A DNA stretch of 64,000 bases, from positions 1 to 64,000 of the forward strand of contig FLMG01002125.1 in NCBI GenBank assembly GCA_900088475.1, in the 5' to 3' direction. Positions 16,161 through 30,500 of this stretch are shown one piece after another (the first letter of the stretch is position 1; every line of letters starts with the position of its first letter). A program made the translations under genes and the position numbers. This DNA is from Hyphochytrium catenoides (lineage: Eukaryota > Protista > Hyphochytriomycota). The notes below the pieces were generated by a model. That model saw only the letters and a list, made by a program, of their open reading frames with translations. It did not search any database and was not told the DNA's origin.

Positions 16161-17948
16161 CCGGTCTCGCCCTGCGCCTCGCTACCGTTCCCGCTTCCTT
16201 CCTACTTTCCTTATTTGAGATCAGCTACAACATAAGCTATGCCGTCTAACAGCACCTCATGATGACTTGTCATCCCAGTAGTTCTCAAGGTTTTCTTTAT
16301 GAAGAAGTTAAGCCATTAAGTTCAGTCCGTTCAATGTCTCAAAGTGGGTCGGAGACCGTTGGAAAGCACCTCACAAGATGAGCCCAGCAGCCAGCCATTG
16401 ACTGCTCTAGAGGGTGAGAAGCATAAAGTTATTAACAAGAAAGCGGTAGGCAGCGCGACCAGAAACCAGGATAGGAATATTCAGAAAAGCCTTGATCCAT
16501 CCAGACGTTTGACAAGAGACCTTGGATCCTCACCAATAAATGAGCTTTTTTCTGTAAGGAACTCTTTGCTTCACTTAAAGCAGTCTCCTTCCCGGACACC
16601 GACATGGGATGGGAGCCGCACCTTCTGGTCAAGAGCTGTTGGCTTAGGAACAGAAGCAGGTAACAGATCTCTCATTCTTTTATAAAGTGAATATGGTTAG
16701 CCTTTGGAAGGTGCAGCCCAAACGCCCTGACCTGTAGCTATCAGACTGAAAATAGGCATAGAGTAACCGCTACTACCCTGAACGGACTTCGCTTTGCCCG
16801 TCAATGAAAGACATCACGAACCATGCCCGCATCATGTTGTCCTTACTTAGCAACAGCTGCTGAATGACGTATCCTTCGGACAGAGTCCACGTCGCAACGG
16901 GCAAAGAGAGAGAGACTGAGAGACAGACAGAGAGACAGACAAAGAGACAAAGACGGCGAGACAAGGACAAGAGGAAGATAAGAACGCGATGAGGAGCGGA
17001 CGACAGGGATGACGATGATGCAGGCAGGGAGAAGAGCCACACACTCGCTGCTTCTGCTTCTCAAAGGGCCACAATCGGTGGTGATGGATGATGGCTTGGA
17101 CTATGTATGGCGCCACCACACCCGAAAGTGAAAGTGAACGAATCCCCAAGCCGAGAATAGCTGCCAGTGTTCAGCACCAACATCGATCTCTTAACTGTCT
17201 CCAATTCGGCCCTATCTTCGTAAAGTTCGTGACAGCAGGACAAAGAGACCACAAAGCGTTTTCTCAAAGGTGTACAATGGGAGCCAGTTTCAGCCTGTCC
17301 TTGTGGGGCAGCCTTCAGGCCTACAATGATGACAGACCTAAAGTTTGACAGCGGTTCCTGGGCGAGGTTTAAAAGATGGCACTGTAAAGAAGCCTCATCC
17401 TTCAAAGGAAATGACGAAACAGGGAAGACAGAGAGGGAACGACAGCTAGTAGAACGACCGAGATAGACAGATCATGAGGGAGATACCAGACATACCAATA
17501 AGAGCTTGCTTTAGAGTAAAATTTAAAAGCTCTATCAAGAGAGAAATGGGTGATGAGAGACAGAGGGACCTAGAGATATGGAGGGTGATAAGAATCCTTG
17601 CTAAATGTTCTCAGTCATTGAACCCTGAAGACCCACTGTACCTCCCTGAAGACTGCGTGCCATGCGGCTGCATGATGATAGATCGAAGCGGCTCGCTCGA
17701 CTCATGATGAAGATCTTTCTCATAGTCCGGTCTCTCCTCGACGTGTGAAGATCTCCATCAGGATACATCAGTGGCACTCCATGACAGGACCTGACCGGCA
17801 GAGGTCGTGGACAAAAGGGGGATTGAGAAGATCGGTTTTGTTCATTAGTCATTAGCTGCCATACTTTCCTCTTCCTACTACCTAGCTCTCTCCACTAGCA
17901 GGTCGTGAAGAGCTCTTTACCCGTCTCTGGTGACGGTGGGAGGGGAAA

Positions 17949-20900
17949 ATGTCCGGCTCTATGTTCGCGGTGGAAATCACTGAGCACTTCTATATAACAG
18001 TGCAAGATGGAACCAAGCTCGCAGCCAAGGTAAGTGCCAATCACTGCAAAGCAAGGGTATAACCCAAATTAGAAGCATGAGGATAGACACGGTGGGAAGA
18101 AGGGACTGCTGTCGGTGACCTAAAAGTTAGGTCCAAAAGGGCTAAAAGTAAGAAGAGACGGATTAGGGGTTACAGCGAAGAGAAGGAGCAGCGTTACGTG
18201 CCTAAGGCCTTATACTCTTTTCCCTCCCAGCTCTGGATGCCAGTGCCAGTGAGCCCTGATTCGCAACCGGCCAAGGTAGGCTATCAACGCGCCTAGCGTG
18301 GTACTTCTTCAGAGCTGTTGTTGGCCATATCTTACAAGTCTCCTTCCCCCTTTCCGCTTTAAGTTCTCAGCCATTCTGGAGTATCTGCCCTATAGAAAGA
18401 GCGACTGGTGGGTAAATTTTGGAGTCAAGAGCTCAACGACGAGCGTTTGTGCCTTTTCTTGCCTTATTTGTCTAATTCCTCTGTTTCTTTCCTGACCCGT
18501 TCGTCTGATAGTACTCGATGCCCGCTTGCCGCTTATCCTAGGCGGCTGGTTGCGTTCTTCTCCTCTGTTTGGTTCCGCGTCTCTCCATCACTCCGGCTGC
18601 GGCGTGTCGTCGTTTCCTGGCCCCTTGACCTAACATTCTATCGGTCATTTACCTCTCCACTTTGAGCCCTAGTCCTTCACCGTTGTTCGCACTGTACCTT
18701 CAGTTCACTCTTGGTGCTATTTCCATGTCTCAGGACGGCTCGTCGAGACTCTCTAAATCACGATTGGATGGCTGCTCGAGGCTTTGCTATAGTTCGAGTG
18801 GACATCAGGGGCACCGGAGATTCCGAGGGCCATCAAGACGATGAGTATACGATGCAGGAGATAGACGATGGCGTGGAGATTGTCAATTGGATTGCCCAGC
18901 AGGACTGGTGCACTGGAAGAGTTGGACTCTTTGGTAAAAGCTGGGGAGGTAAGAATATAGGACAAGATTGCAGAAGACCAGACCTATCACAGGGAGAGCT
19001 GCATATCCATGATCAGACAGGAGTTGGTTCAATAGGGTGCAGCTTATGGTCAACCTCTCTGCATCCCGACATGGCTCAGAGTGCTATATGGGAGTGGTCT
19101 GGCCATCCTTCCATAGAGTGTAACCTATAAGAAGAAAAAGGGCCAGCAAAGTATTGAGAAATGAGGGCAGATGAGATATACGGGCTATTTACCCTTGAGC
19201 TTATCGACTTTCTTCTGTCTGTTACCCGCTGAGTTAGGTTTCAATGGTCTACAGATTGCCCAGAGGCAACCAGAAGCTCTTAGAGGAGTTATTTCCCTCT
19301 ATTCAACTGACGATCGCTATGCTGACGACGTTCACTATGTAAGTTAGCCAGCAGTCATCCGTTTCTTGAACTCCCGCGGCATAGCGCCCTCTTAGCACGA
19401 CGTTTATAGGTTGTCTCTGTTGAGCTCAGTGGGGGCCGTCCGTCTGTATATTGATGTAGCCTTTTACCATGAAGGACGGAGGCTCTAGTAGCCAGCAAGG
19501 GGTCTGCTCTTCTTACCACTCTTTCTGTTTTGTGACCTGCCTATACTACTGCTTTCTCTTGTTGTTCCTCCTATATTCCAGACTGGAGGGTGTGTTCTTG
19601 GATCGGAGGCACTGAGTTGGGCCTCTGTCATGTTCGCTTGGAATGCTCGACCCCCTCTTCCGGGAAATGTGGGACCGAACTGGAAAGATGTCTGGCTGAA
19701 GCGACTGGAACGGCACAAACCCTTCCTCCATGAGTGGCTGGCACACCAGGCACGAGATAAGTACTGGCAGCACGGATCAGGTATTTCGCACGTAACAATG
19801 TCATAGAGCAAGAGTTGTCCAAGTATAACGTTTGCGCGAGCATAGCATTCTTTAGAATAGAGATAAAGTTCAGAAAGCCAAAATGACCTCGGGCTGAAAA
19901 GTCTTAGCCGTAGACAACACGGAGCACGCCCAGGGGGAAGACCGCTATGCACACCGACGGATAGCGTCGTATATGGATGTTGTGGATGACATGATGCTCC
20001 TGTTGCTCGATGGGTTGCTTTCTGAGCTAAAGTAGTCTTTGATTTGCTCTCCTTCCTTTCCAAGTCTGTGAAGATTTTGCTGGCATCCGATGCCCAGTGT
20101 TGGCTATCGGCGGATGGGCTGATGGATATCATAATGCCGTACTAAGACTCGTGGCTGGGCTTCCGGGCTTCAGGAAAGGAATAATTGGGCCATGGTGAGT
20201 TATCGTGGAGATGAAAGAGAGAGTAAGGGAGACACTACTCTAAGTTAGGGCTATCCAAGTAGTCAATGGGACCAAAAACAGAGGACTGATTAGGAAGCTA
20301 ACCGCTTCCGTAGTATGGTAGGAAGGGGAAAGGAGGGTGTAGAGTGCTCATCTAACCAACAAAGATTTTGCTACAGGAGTCACGACTGGCCCAATATTGC
20401 CACACCCGGGCCGCAGATCGGATTCCTAGAAACCTGCAGACAGTGGTGGGAGTTCTGTCTCAATGGCGTGAAAAATGAAGGTTAGTGACATGCCCAAAGA
20501 CGCCTTAGGAATCGCGGGATGCGGGGACGACCGAGAGTCTTTGGATACATATGGGTGCGAAAGGAGTAGGCACCGACATAAGCGCATTGCGGGAGGCCAT
20601 ACGAGAAGCGCCAAGAGGCCTACTTTCATGAGCATGCCAGAATAACCCTTCTCTTGGCTCCCTTCTCCGCAGTGGAGCACTATCCAGACCTTCAAATATT
20701 TGTACGCGAGCACGTTGAACCATCTGCACAGGTATGTGTCGTATAAGGAGTGATCTCATTGCGAAAGTGAAGACGGCTTCTTTTGCGTTGAGTTAATGGT
20801 ATCGACAGTGTAAATGAGGAGGAAAGGCAGGTCCAGGCTGTACGTTATAACGCTCAGTACACATAGCGGGGAACATGGATTTGGGGACTATTGTCATCTG

Positions 20901-22438
20901 CTTACCTGTTGACATGTTAAAATTTGGGTTTCCTCCTTAAGACTTCGTTAGCTCCTGGCAAATGGGTGGGCATCCAGGAGCTGCCGTCCTCAACTCATAG
21001 CAAACGGCGTACCTTCTCTCTGGGTCCACGGTTGCTGGAGCCAATGAGCAGCATCTCAAGAAAGATCGAGGGAGATCCGTGCTATCATATAGAGAGTGGG
21101 CTTCGCCGAACGGTGCAAACAACGACTCTGCAGGGTTCTTGGGCAGGAGAGTGGCTATCGTTCGGAGGGCCAGATATGCCTGGAACTCAAGTAAGCGCGA
21201 GTTACCCCGAGAGCCTTGTGATAGTCTCTTCCCTTCCTAAATTTTCCTTATTTGTCTCCTCCACGAAACGGTTTTCCGCCCAACTTGAGCTGCATAGTGC
21301 TCTCGCAATCTAAAGCGCTATCTGTGATGAAGAGAGGTTTCTGACTCTTGATGTAGAACATAGAGGATGCTCTTGCCCTTTCCTGGGATACGGAGCCGTT
21401 GGAGGCCAGTATTGAGGTGCGCCCTTCACTGGGCTTCCTTCTTTCGCTCGTAGATTGTCCTTCCTTTTTTCTCTTCCTCACGGTGTAACTTCTACTTCTG
21501 TAACCATATCCCCTGTCGTCTTTAGTCACCTGTGTCTGTATCATCTGTATGCAACTAAGCCACTCCACCTGAGAAGGCTTATTCCTGTGTCTGCAGTTAT
21601 TCGGCCACCCAGAGCTAGATTTAGACATTGAGGTTGATCAGCCACAAGCTTGTGTGATAGCCAGACTCTGTGACGTCTCCCCAGCAGGCAGTTCAGCTCT
21701 TATCTGCAGGTTGGGTTTCGTCTCCAGAGCGACGCTTGCGCTTTCTCTTCCCTTAAGCTACCTCTTGTTTGTACGCCGTTACGTAGAGGGATCCTGAACC
21801 TCACCCATCGAGCTGGACATGACGTGAATAGTCTCGCCATTTGCCCTATAAAGGAGCCCTTCCGTGTTCATTTGAAGCTGAATGCGTGTGCTTACGAGAT
21901 CCAAAAAGGGCACAAGTAAGACACTTGTAGCATTTGATATAGCTGACGGAAGCGGACTAAATACTTCTGAGTGATTCCTCTATCGTTTGTCAAATTTGCC
22001 AGGCTGCTTCGGTTCCTAGTTCACTCTATGTCCTTAGGTTTCGTTATCATCTGACGCTCCACTTTGAATCCTGCGTTGCAGACTCCGCTTGAGCTTGTGC
22101 TCCTTCTACTGGCCTCTCGTATGGCCTTCTCCTCATCCAACTACTTTGACAGTGCTAGGCTCTCCGTCAATGACAACAAATACCCTCTCTTTTCCTCTTC
22201 TCCCTGAGCGAGTGCCATGTCCCATCACCAAACATCCTGTCGAAATAGGCGCAGCCCTAAAGTGCTTGTGCCTTAAGCCTGGAAGGGATCTTGAGAGGTG
22301 AAGGTGTCTTGTCTTACTCTATTTATGATGTTCCCCCTTTTCTTCGGCATCACCTCTCGTTTCCTCTTGCATTTGTTTTCGCTCACGAATCCCTAATCTC
22401 GATATAGCTGTCTGTCTGTCTCTCTTGTTCTCTCTCTT

Positions 22439-22469
<31 letters not shown>

Positions 22470-23621
22470 GTGTCAGCTGTCTTCTCTACTTTTCCTTCTC
22501 TATATTGTCTACATTCCAACCATTCAACACTTTCCTTAATTCGTGCTTCGCTGGGCCTTTTATAGGAAACTCGAAGTATCTCTCTCTCATGGCACCCAGT
22601 CTTTAGTCGTGTCCGAGGATGAGGGCCAGAACCTATTGTTGAATAGGTGGGCAATCTAGTCCAACCTCAACTTTCCTCCTCATTCTTATTTGCCTCAAAC
22701 CCCAAGAGGACTTCTCAAGCTTAGCCTTGCGCCGGAAGTCGCGCTCCTCTCTCCGTAATGTCCCTGCTTCAACTCTGTCGCCAACCATCTAGGTAGCCAG
22801 GCAGACCTCACATCGCCTCTGATTTGCAAGTCGTTATCTCACATAAGTCTCCACCTCTGATATGGAATTGCCTCTACATGCATCTTTACCATTGCTCCCC
22901 TTTATGCTATGCAGTGGAATCATCATGGAAGAGCAAGGGGTGAAAATTTATACAATTCACTCTGACTCTACGTCCCCGACAGTGCACATACAAAGAAGCC
23001 TTAGATATCAGGTATGTCAGCAGTAACAGGGACCAATCCGAGTCTCAAATGCACCCGTTCTTGGTCCTTTCGTTCGCTTCTGGCCCTCTTACGTTGTGGA
23101 GCTTGCTTTCTGGCAGCACCATGCCCTTTGTACGCTAACCAAACAGTATCCAAGTCATCCGTCCTATCTCTATCTCTGCTACTCCCCAAGGCATTCTCCA
23201 GTCCCAGTGTTCCCTCGGACTCGTATGTACCTTTCTTCCACCTTGACGTTAGCTTACTTCTGTCCCACGCTTTTCCCGACTGCTTTCTTCGGTTTACTCA
23301 CCCATAGTCTCTCCTTTTCCACCAATTGTGTGCATCCCTTACTTCGTCAACTTTGTGGGTCCCCTATGCGAATCTTCACAGCAACTGGAAGATCACGCAC
23401 TCGCCATTATTCGGCAACATGCCCAGGAGCCCTTCTCCGTCGAGCTTTTAGAGAATATTGAAAGCCAGCCCAAACAATGGATGGTAGAGATCGATACGAA
23501 CAGCTCAATGTCTTCAGACGAGAACTTTTTCTATCTGGAGGATGAACTGATTGTGAAGCATGACCACAAGCAAGTCATGAGGAAAAAATGGAAGAAGGAC
23601 ATCAAACGTTACTTTGTTTGA
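17949..23621 (+). CDS. CocE/NonD family (peptidase S15-like) serine hydrolase with PepX_C-like C-terminal domain (17 exons)
   Basis: Spliced product contains DGTKLAAKLW, ILEYLPYRK, VRVDIRGTGDSEG, nucleophile GKSWGGFNGLQ, TDDRYADDVHY, GGWADGY, IIGPWSH, ARLCDVSP and YWPLVWPSP; it ends WKKDIKRYFV*. All 16 introns are GT-AG. Confidence 0.92.
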
Positions 23622-24561
23622 CGTTTGACGAGATTGAAAGAGGTTCAGAGCTCACATATATAGGCAGAAAAGAACTGACAGCTGCATCACTAAAGCTCTC
23701 TGTATACTTGTCCAGGGAATTCGGCTGCAAAAGTATACGCGAATGTGCCTTCAGGAAGCCCTTTCTCACCTCCTTCGGCCAGCTTTCAATGGCCAATACC
23801 TCTTTCAGAGATTTTATGTTAGGCCTCACGAATCATTCTTTTCTGTGGAGCGCGTGAGGCTAAATAAACTTGCTCTTATTTCTCTCTTGGTCAAGTGTCT
23901 GGAAATTCACTATGTGCACGTTCCATTCCCTCCAATTAGCGCGTCTGTCCTCATCCTGAAGCTCCAGGTCGACACTCCGTCTCCTCGATGTATAACCCTT
24001 GTGATCATCCCTCCTGTGAGACCACTGCAGGAAGGTAAAGAGAGTAAAGGGTAGAGATGGTCCTTGCGAAACGTGCCAGTATCTGCCTTTCTTTCTCTTT
24101 CCATCTCCTCCCGCTGCGACTCTAACATTAGCGATACTCCTTGACAATAGCTGCTGTCTCTCCTCGTAGCAAAAACCTCCCTCGTAGCAAAAACGCCGTC
24201 ACGAGAGTAGTACGATTTAGCACTTAAGACCAATTGCTTGCTGCGAGCTACATGGGGTCACAGCTTGTGAGGAGGCTGTGCACGCAGCTAATCTCACACA
24301 ACACGGTTGGCACATGTCCAGTAGTTCTCTCTACTTCCTTCCCAACCTTTCATCTCCTCCTCCCTTATCAAAGTCAGTATTCGTTAGTAGAAGAGACCAG
24401 GGTCGCCACTACATAAGACTCCGCCGCCATCAAGAACATAGAGAAGTTCGCTTACGGCTGGCCATGGAGTTGCTTTTATTATTAGCGATACCATACATAA
24501 CCCTGAAAGGAGGGAAACGTTGCCAGCATTTCACTTCTGTCTAAAGCTAGACTCCTACTTC

Positions 24562-27500
24562 TTAGTAGGCTGGTGACACGTTCTCATTGCACCAGGGGCA
24601 CTGCTTGAAGGCTAGGGCACACTGGTTCCACGCATCTTTGTTAGCGGGGACATGGCAATGGGGGCACGACACCTTGACAGAAGGCTTAACTGGATAGCCG
24701 GTGACTATGCAGGCTTCGGCGTGATTGTTACATTCTGGGCAGACAAGAGAAGCTTCATATACTTGGGCTGAGCAAGCAGGGCAGTTATCTGTCGGGAGAC
24801 TCTGAGAGACCTTCTGGTCCATAGAGATGGCTAACACCCAGTCACGGAGTTCCTCTGAAGTACGACATAGTCGATGGCGACAAGAGAAATGACGACGCTT
24901 AGCTTTTATAAGAGCATCAACGGAATAGCGCGAGATGAAGACATGAGGAAGCAGGAAGAAAAAGACCGTCATACGAACTACAGAGACGGTAGGCATACTG
25001 ATCGTCCTCTAACCCCTGCTTTGATGCTCCGTCAGAAGCTTCGCCCACATTGCGCTCTATCTTCTTCCACCCCTCTTTGCCGTCCCCTTTTCACGTCAGC
25101 ACTCCTCATAACAACATTTAATACTTGCTCTCACCTCTCTGATCCTCAGGCAAGTATTGCATGGTGGGAAGCTCCACGTCCGTAGGAGCCGGGACATCCG
25201 TGCCCATAAAGTCAGTATTGTCCAGCATGTTGGCATTGCCTTCTTCCATGGCCTCAGAGAGGTCGAGATATCTGTTTGAATATACAAACGCTGCAGAGAG
25301 CCATTCCTGCTTTCTGCAAGCAGTCCCTGCTAGGTAATAAGCTTTGTCCTGCGCAATGTAGCCAGCATATCGCAGCATACCGACAGCCACCTAATAACGA
25401 ACAAGCAGATGAACAAGCCATGAGCAAAGACGGCCTGTGACCTCTTGGTGAACCGAGGACAAGCCGAACATGAGAAGGAAATCACGGCTGCTCGGAAGAA
25501 GCTCTACTCCAGCAGTAGGGCTATCAGAAAACTAGAAGCGATAAAAGGGCCACGCACTCTAGACGGAGAGATAGAGTAAGAAAGAAGTCAACACCAACGA
25601 AGGGATAATGCGGTGCGGACCAGAGCACAGATCGGGAGAGAAAACACCTCTTCTTACCCTAGCAGCCAGCTTAAGTATTCCTTTTTCTTCGAATCTTCTC
25701 TTCAAATGGAGGAAGTGCACAATCAGTATCCATTGGTCCACCTCTTTCACTGTCTCAGGGTCGAAGCTCGCTCTATGGATGGACACAGAGTACTTCTGTA
25801 GGCACTCATGCAGGTCGGCAATGATTGCACCAGCGGGGTCACCGTTGTCCTCCTCTTCCTTCGTCCGGTTAACAATCATCTGTGGAGAGCAGACGCGACA
25901 CCGCAGAGAGGAGCTTAGAGGTGAGATGAAAGGAGGAGACGGGGACAACAGAATAATGAAGGAGACTGCGAATGTTAACAGTGAAAGCCGTAGGTAATTG
26001 GCAGCCCTTCATTCGCTCTCGCTCTCTTCTCTGGCCCTTTACCTTAATGAACCTTGCGTAGGTCGGATAGGCGGTTTGCGCCGTGCTCATTCCGTACTGC
26101 GACAAGGCAGAGACTGCCTGCGCAATCCTTTCTATCTCGCGTCCCTCGACAATCTTGGTCAGGAACTGCAGGCAATACTGTCGAACAAGATCGGGACTCT
26201 CCTCCGCTGCTAGAGAGAAGAGTTTGTCCCATTCACCCCGCTGTACGTAGATGTCCAAGGCAGCATTTATCTAAGAAAAAGAGAGTAACGAAGGGACCTA
26301 GCGTGAATATCGAGACTGCGAGAAACGGTAAGGGCTGTTTCTAGCATGGAAGCTATCAACCCACCTTTCCACCCTTGGCAAGCCCGTCTGCGTTCTTGCT
26401 GTCGACGCACGAATCTTCGAAAGCTTTCTCCACCCTGCTCTTCAGGTTCGGTGCGTAGCTAGCAGCGACTCCTCTGGCCTTTTCCCATTGTTTGGCCAGA
26501 ATGTAAGCATCCACTGCCTCATCATACAGCTCGGCTTCCTACCCAGCGGAAGACAAGTGGTAAGGAATTGAACGAGAGACAAGAAAGGTAGAAGGTGGTT
26601 CATCGACGGTAAGGGACCAGAAATAGAGGAGCTGACCTTGAAATAGTCTCCTGCCTTGTCATGAATTCCAGCTTCTTTGAACTTGAAAGCAACGGCCTCA
26701 CCGACTTCTTCGTAACGGGACCGTACTTGCTCCTCAGCAAGCTGCATTGCACGCAGCCATGCCTTCTGCACTTGAGAGATATCTCCCCCAGGTGGGACAG
26801 CAGCCTGAAGAGAGGGGAGGACAGAGAAGGCAAATGAGCAACACGCCAAGTGAAGTAAAAGAGATCAAGAGAAAGAGTGAGGCTCTCTTGATTGACCCTT
26901 CTGCTAAAGAAAAGGACCGAGGCGAAACAGCTTCCATCCGGCGGAGAATAGCTTCCACATAACCTTCCTTTTACCTTGAGATAGGCATCGATGGCCTGCG
27001 AGAACTGTCCGTTCTCTTCCCACATCTTACCCGCTGCGGTTGGGTCCCCGGAAGAAGCGGCTGAAGATGCCATACTCTTTTCGTATGCAGCATTAACCTG
27101 AAAGATCCACATAAGTCTTACGGCGACTATTGGGTGAGAGTTCGTCCGCGCGACATCGTCACGAGTAGAAGCTCTTAAGGTGAGGACAATTCTAGCTTTT
27201 TAGCAGGAAAGAGAGAGGTAGAGCAGGACTCACAAGCAAAGAGCAAAAAGTATAGAAAAGAAGAGAGTGGGTGAGTGGCAGCGCTGACCTCCTGCAGCTT
27301 GTGAGGTAGGTATCGCTTGGCGATTCTCCTGGCTTCTGTCCACATGCTGGCTTCTTGGTAGGCTGAGAGAATGAGCTCCGGCTTGCCGGCAGATATGAAG
27401 AGAGATTCTGCCAGTGAGAGCGATATCAAGGGACAGAGAGGTAAGCCATGGCTGGGAGCAACACATGCACTAAGCATCCAATAGTAAGCGGCATAACGAG

Positions 27501-30500
27501 TAGTGGAGAAGGAGAGCATGCCCAGAAGTGAGGCAATGTAGGTTTGGAAGCATAGTGTTACGGACCGGCTGCAGGGTAGTCCTTCTTCTCCAGCGCCTGT
27601 CTTCCTTGGCTGGTCATAACCTCGGAAGTTGAGGAAGGATCATGCTGCTCTGCTACTCTCATGGCACTGTCCCAATCCTTCTGGTGAACATACATGTCGA
27701 TAGCCTCCTTTGGCCTCCCTGCCTTAATAAACTCTTCCTCCGCCTCCTTGAACTTCTCCTCGTCCTCGAGATACAGGGCGTACTTCAAATGTATCTCAGG
27801 CAGCTTCTTTGGAAGCGCAGACTATGTACCGAGAGAAGAGCACCAACAATGTGAGAGACCATTAGGAGAAATATCATAAACTTTTGACGTGTCGCAATCG
27901 CTGAAGCGAGATAGATGGAAAAGGAAGATGGCAATATCATGGAAATTCCAGTGTCTAGCAATAGAGGACAGTATGTTTGTGAAGTCTGCGGATATAAGCC
28001 TTCCTAGACGTGCAATGCTCTTTCTTCCTTACCTCAGCCAACTGGAAGGCATGTTCAAAAGCTCCACTTTCGATGGCATAGTCAACCGCGGGCTCAATAA
28101 GCCCAAGCTTTGTAAGCAGCTTGCCACCAGCATCCCCGCCCAGATGCAGTGCCCAAGCGTAGGCTACGCGCTTTGAGGCATTGATACCTGAGGGAATAGG
28201 TACAGTGTATATTAAGCAAATGAGGCGAAGATGTAATAGAAAAGGGAAGTCTGTCACAAGCCCTCCAACTGCTTTACCCTCTTTATGTTGCCGCATTTCA
28301 TAGCCAATTTTTCCTCTAACAGACGAACCTTCTTATAGGACCTGATTCTTTTTAGTGTCTTACCTCCATGGTACTTCGCCACCCTGATGGCTTCATCCCA
28401 CATATCGTTTGCCCTATACATATTCACGGCTGCGAGCCAATCTCCCGCCTCGCAGTAGTGATGCTCTGCTTCCTTCACATTTCCTTCCATCTCCAGCTGC
28501 TGGGCCAGGTGCGTATGGGTCTCTTTCAAGAGATCCTTGCGATAAAGAGAGACAAGGCGGACCATGTGATCGTATTTCCTCGCCTTCTTATACATATCTA
28601 TGGCCAAATCGTGCTCGTTCACCGTGAGGTAGAGCTTCTCCGCCTCCTGTTAGACGGTAGACAAGTCAGAGCCTAGACAGTAAGAGCATCCCGACAGAGG
28701 ACTCCAAGAAAAAGAGAGTGAGATGGGAAGGTCAGGAGTTGAGAGAAGTAGACGCCAAAGGTTATCGTCGCAGGATTGCCAACAAGACATGGTTCAGGTA
28801 AATATGACCTTGAGCTTGCCCTCTGCTTCCATTCTCTGGGCTTGTGAGATGTATAACACATTGATCTCATTCTGGCTCATATACGACACTGCCACCTTGT
28901 GGGCCGCCTCCCACCTGTTGACCCTCGTGTACATCTCCACAGCATCCTGGATCCCAGACGATGTAAAGCCATCAGCAGCCAACAAAAGACATGTGGAGAA
29001 CTGTTAGCTTCTCTACTTTGGAAGAGATTAGAGGCTAACAAAGTAGGGCGTCAAAGAGTCTGCTGGCAGTCTTACGGAAGACGGACGTGGGATCGAAGCT
29101 AATTGCGTCCAAAAAGGGAAGGCAAGGGAGGTTGAACAGGTGGTTAGAAGAGTCACATGGGGTTTTCATACCTGAGGAAATCCTGCCTTAACGAAACATT
29201 TCTCTGCCTCTTCATAGTGAGCAGCTTCCTGATAGTGCCGAGCTAGTCTTCTAAGGTAAGGCTGCGCCTCTTCGAGGTCAAGAGCTTCTACCAGTTGACC
29301 AGCCTTGGCCCATTGCCTAGAGATAAGAGGGAGCGAACAGACCGAGAGCGGGATTAGCACAAAAGCTATTCCAACATGTGAACGACAGATGTTGTCAACT
29401 GGGGAAAGTGCAGACCGAGGCGGACAGAGGACGAGCACCTGCTATTGAGGGCAGCCTCAATGGCCTTGGTGTGGACATTGGCTTCAATGTAGTGGTTGAT
29501 AGCCATGTCAACCTGCTTCTGAGCAACGAGGTGATCGCCCCATGACTCCTCCAGACGTACCACCTAAGGGGAAGAGAGTATGGCGTTAAACAGGCATGCA
29601 ATGGCGTCCAACTGCTTTTGTAGAAAAACAATGAGTATGAGATGCCTGGAAATATCTAGGGCTAAGAGGAGGTGCTAGATAGTGAAAATAGGTCCGAAAA
29701 TGATAGTGATTGCTTGAGGCTACAGACCTGGTCTGGAAAGGCTTTCCTGGCCAAGTCAACGGCTCTCCTGAAAGCGTTCCCTTTGATGTAAGTGTCTAGA
29801 GCTCTCTTCTCTTGTCCCATCCGTTCGAAGAACTCTCCGGCCTTCTCCAACATACCCGCATGCTCCAGGCCTAAGAGGTGCAAATAACGCGTGTAAGCAG
29901 GTAAACGCGGTAGTGACAGCCGTCAGCCACGTAGTGTCATATGTGAGAGTGTCGCCTTGAGAAATCACACACGAGGCTGGGGGAGTTCCAGATGTTCCCT
30001 CAGCCTCCATTGGAAAAGACACTCTTGTCTATCTCTTTCGTTTATATTCCCTCCCATTGAACCCTCGCCCCTCACTTACTTGAGGCAACAGCTTCCAAGA
30101 GCTGTGGGTTGGAAGTAACATTGTACTTGTTAATGATTCGGGCAGCCTTGGCAGGAAGACCGCCTTTTAGGAAGAGGTCGATGGCTCCAGTGTAATCTCC
30201 CTCCTGTTCCTTCACGGCTCCAGCCTTCTCCTCCTGTCCTGTCTCCAGGAGGTATTGAAGGTACGACTCTCGCATACCCTGAAAGTGCGTTAGAGCGAGA
30301 AGAGACACAGAGTCACCGGCAACGTTTGAAATTGGTGGGAGACAGAAAGTGAAAATATGGATCCGGGAACTTGGAGAATTTGGCTTGTCTAATGATTGTG
30401 AAAGGTTGTAAACAGAGATAATGCGAGGAGCCCGAGAGTTAAAAAGGGCACGTCGTGGACTAATTCTACCTGGGCCTGGTCGCTCTTCTTGGACTCCGCC

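Noticed and set aside
16300-17860. Short ORFs between the kinase and CocE genes, and similar ones at 23602-24544 and 44645-45824
   Set aside because: No recognisable domain or consistent exon chain; left unannotated.
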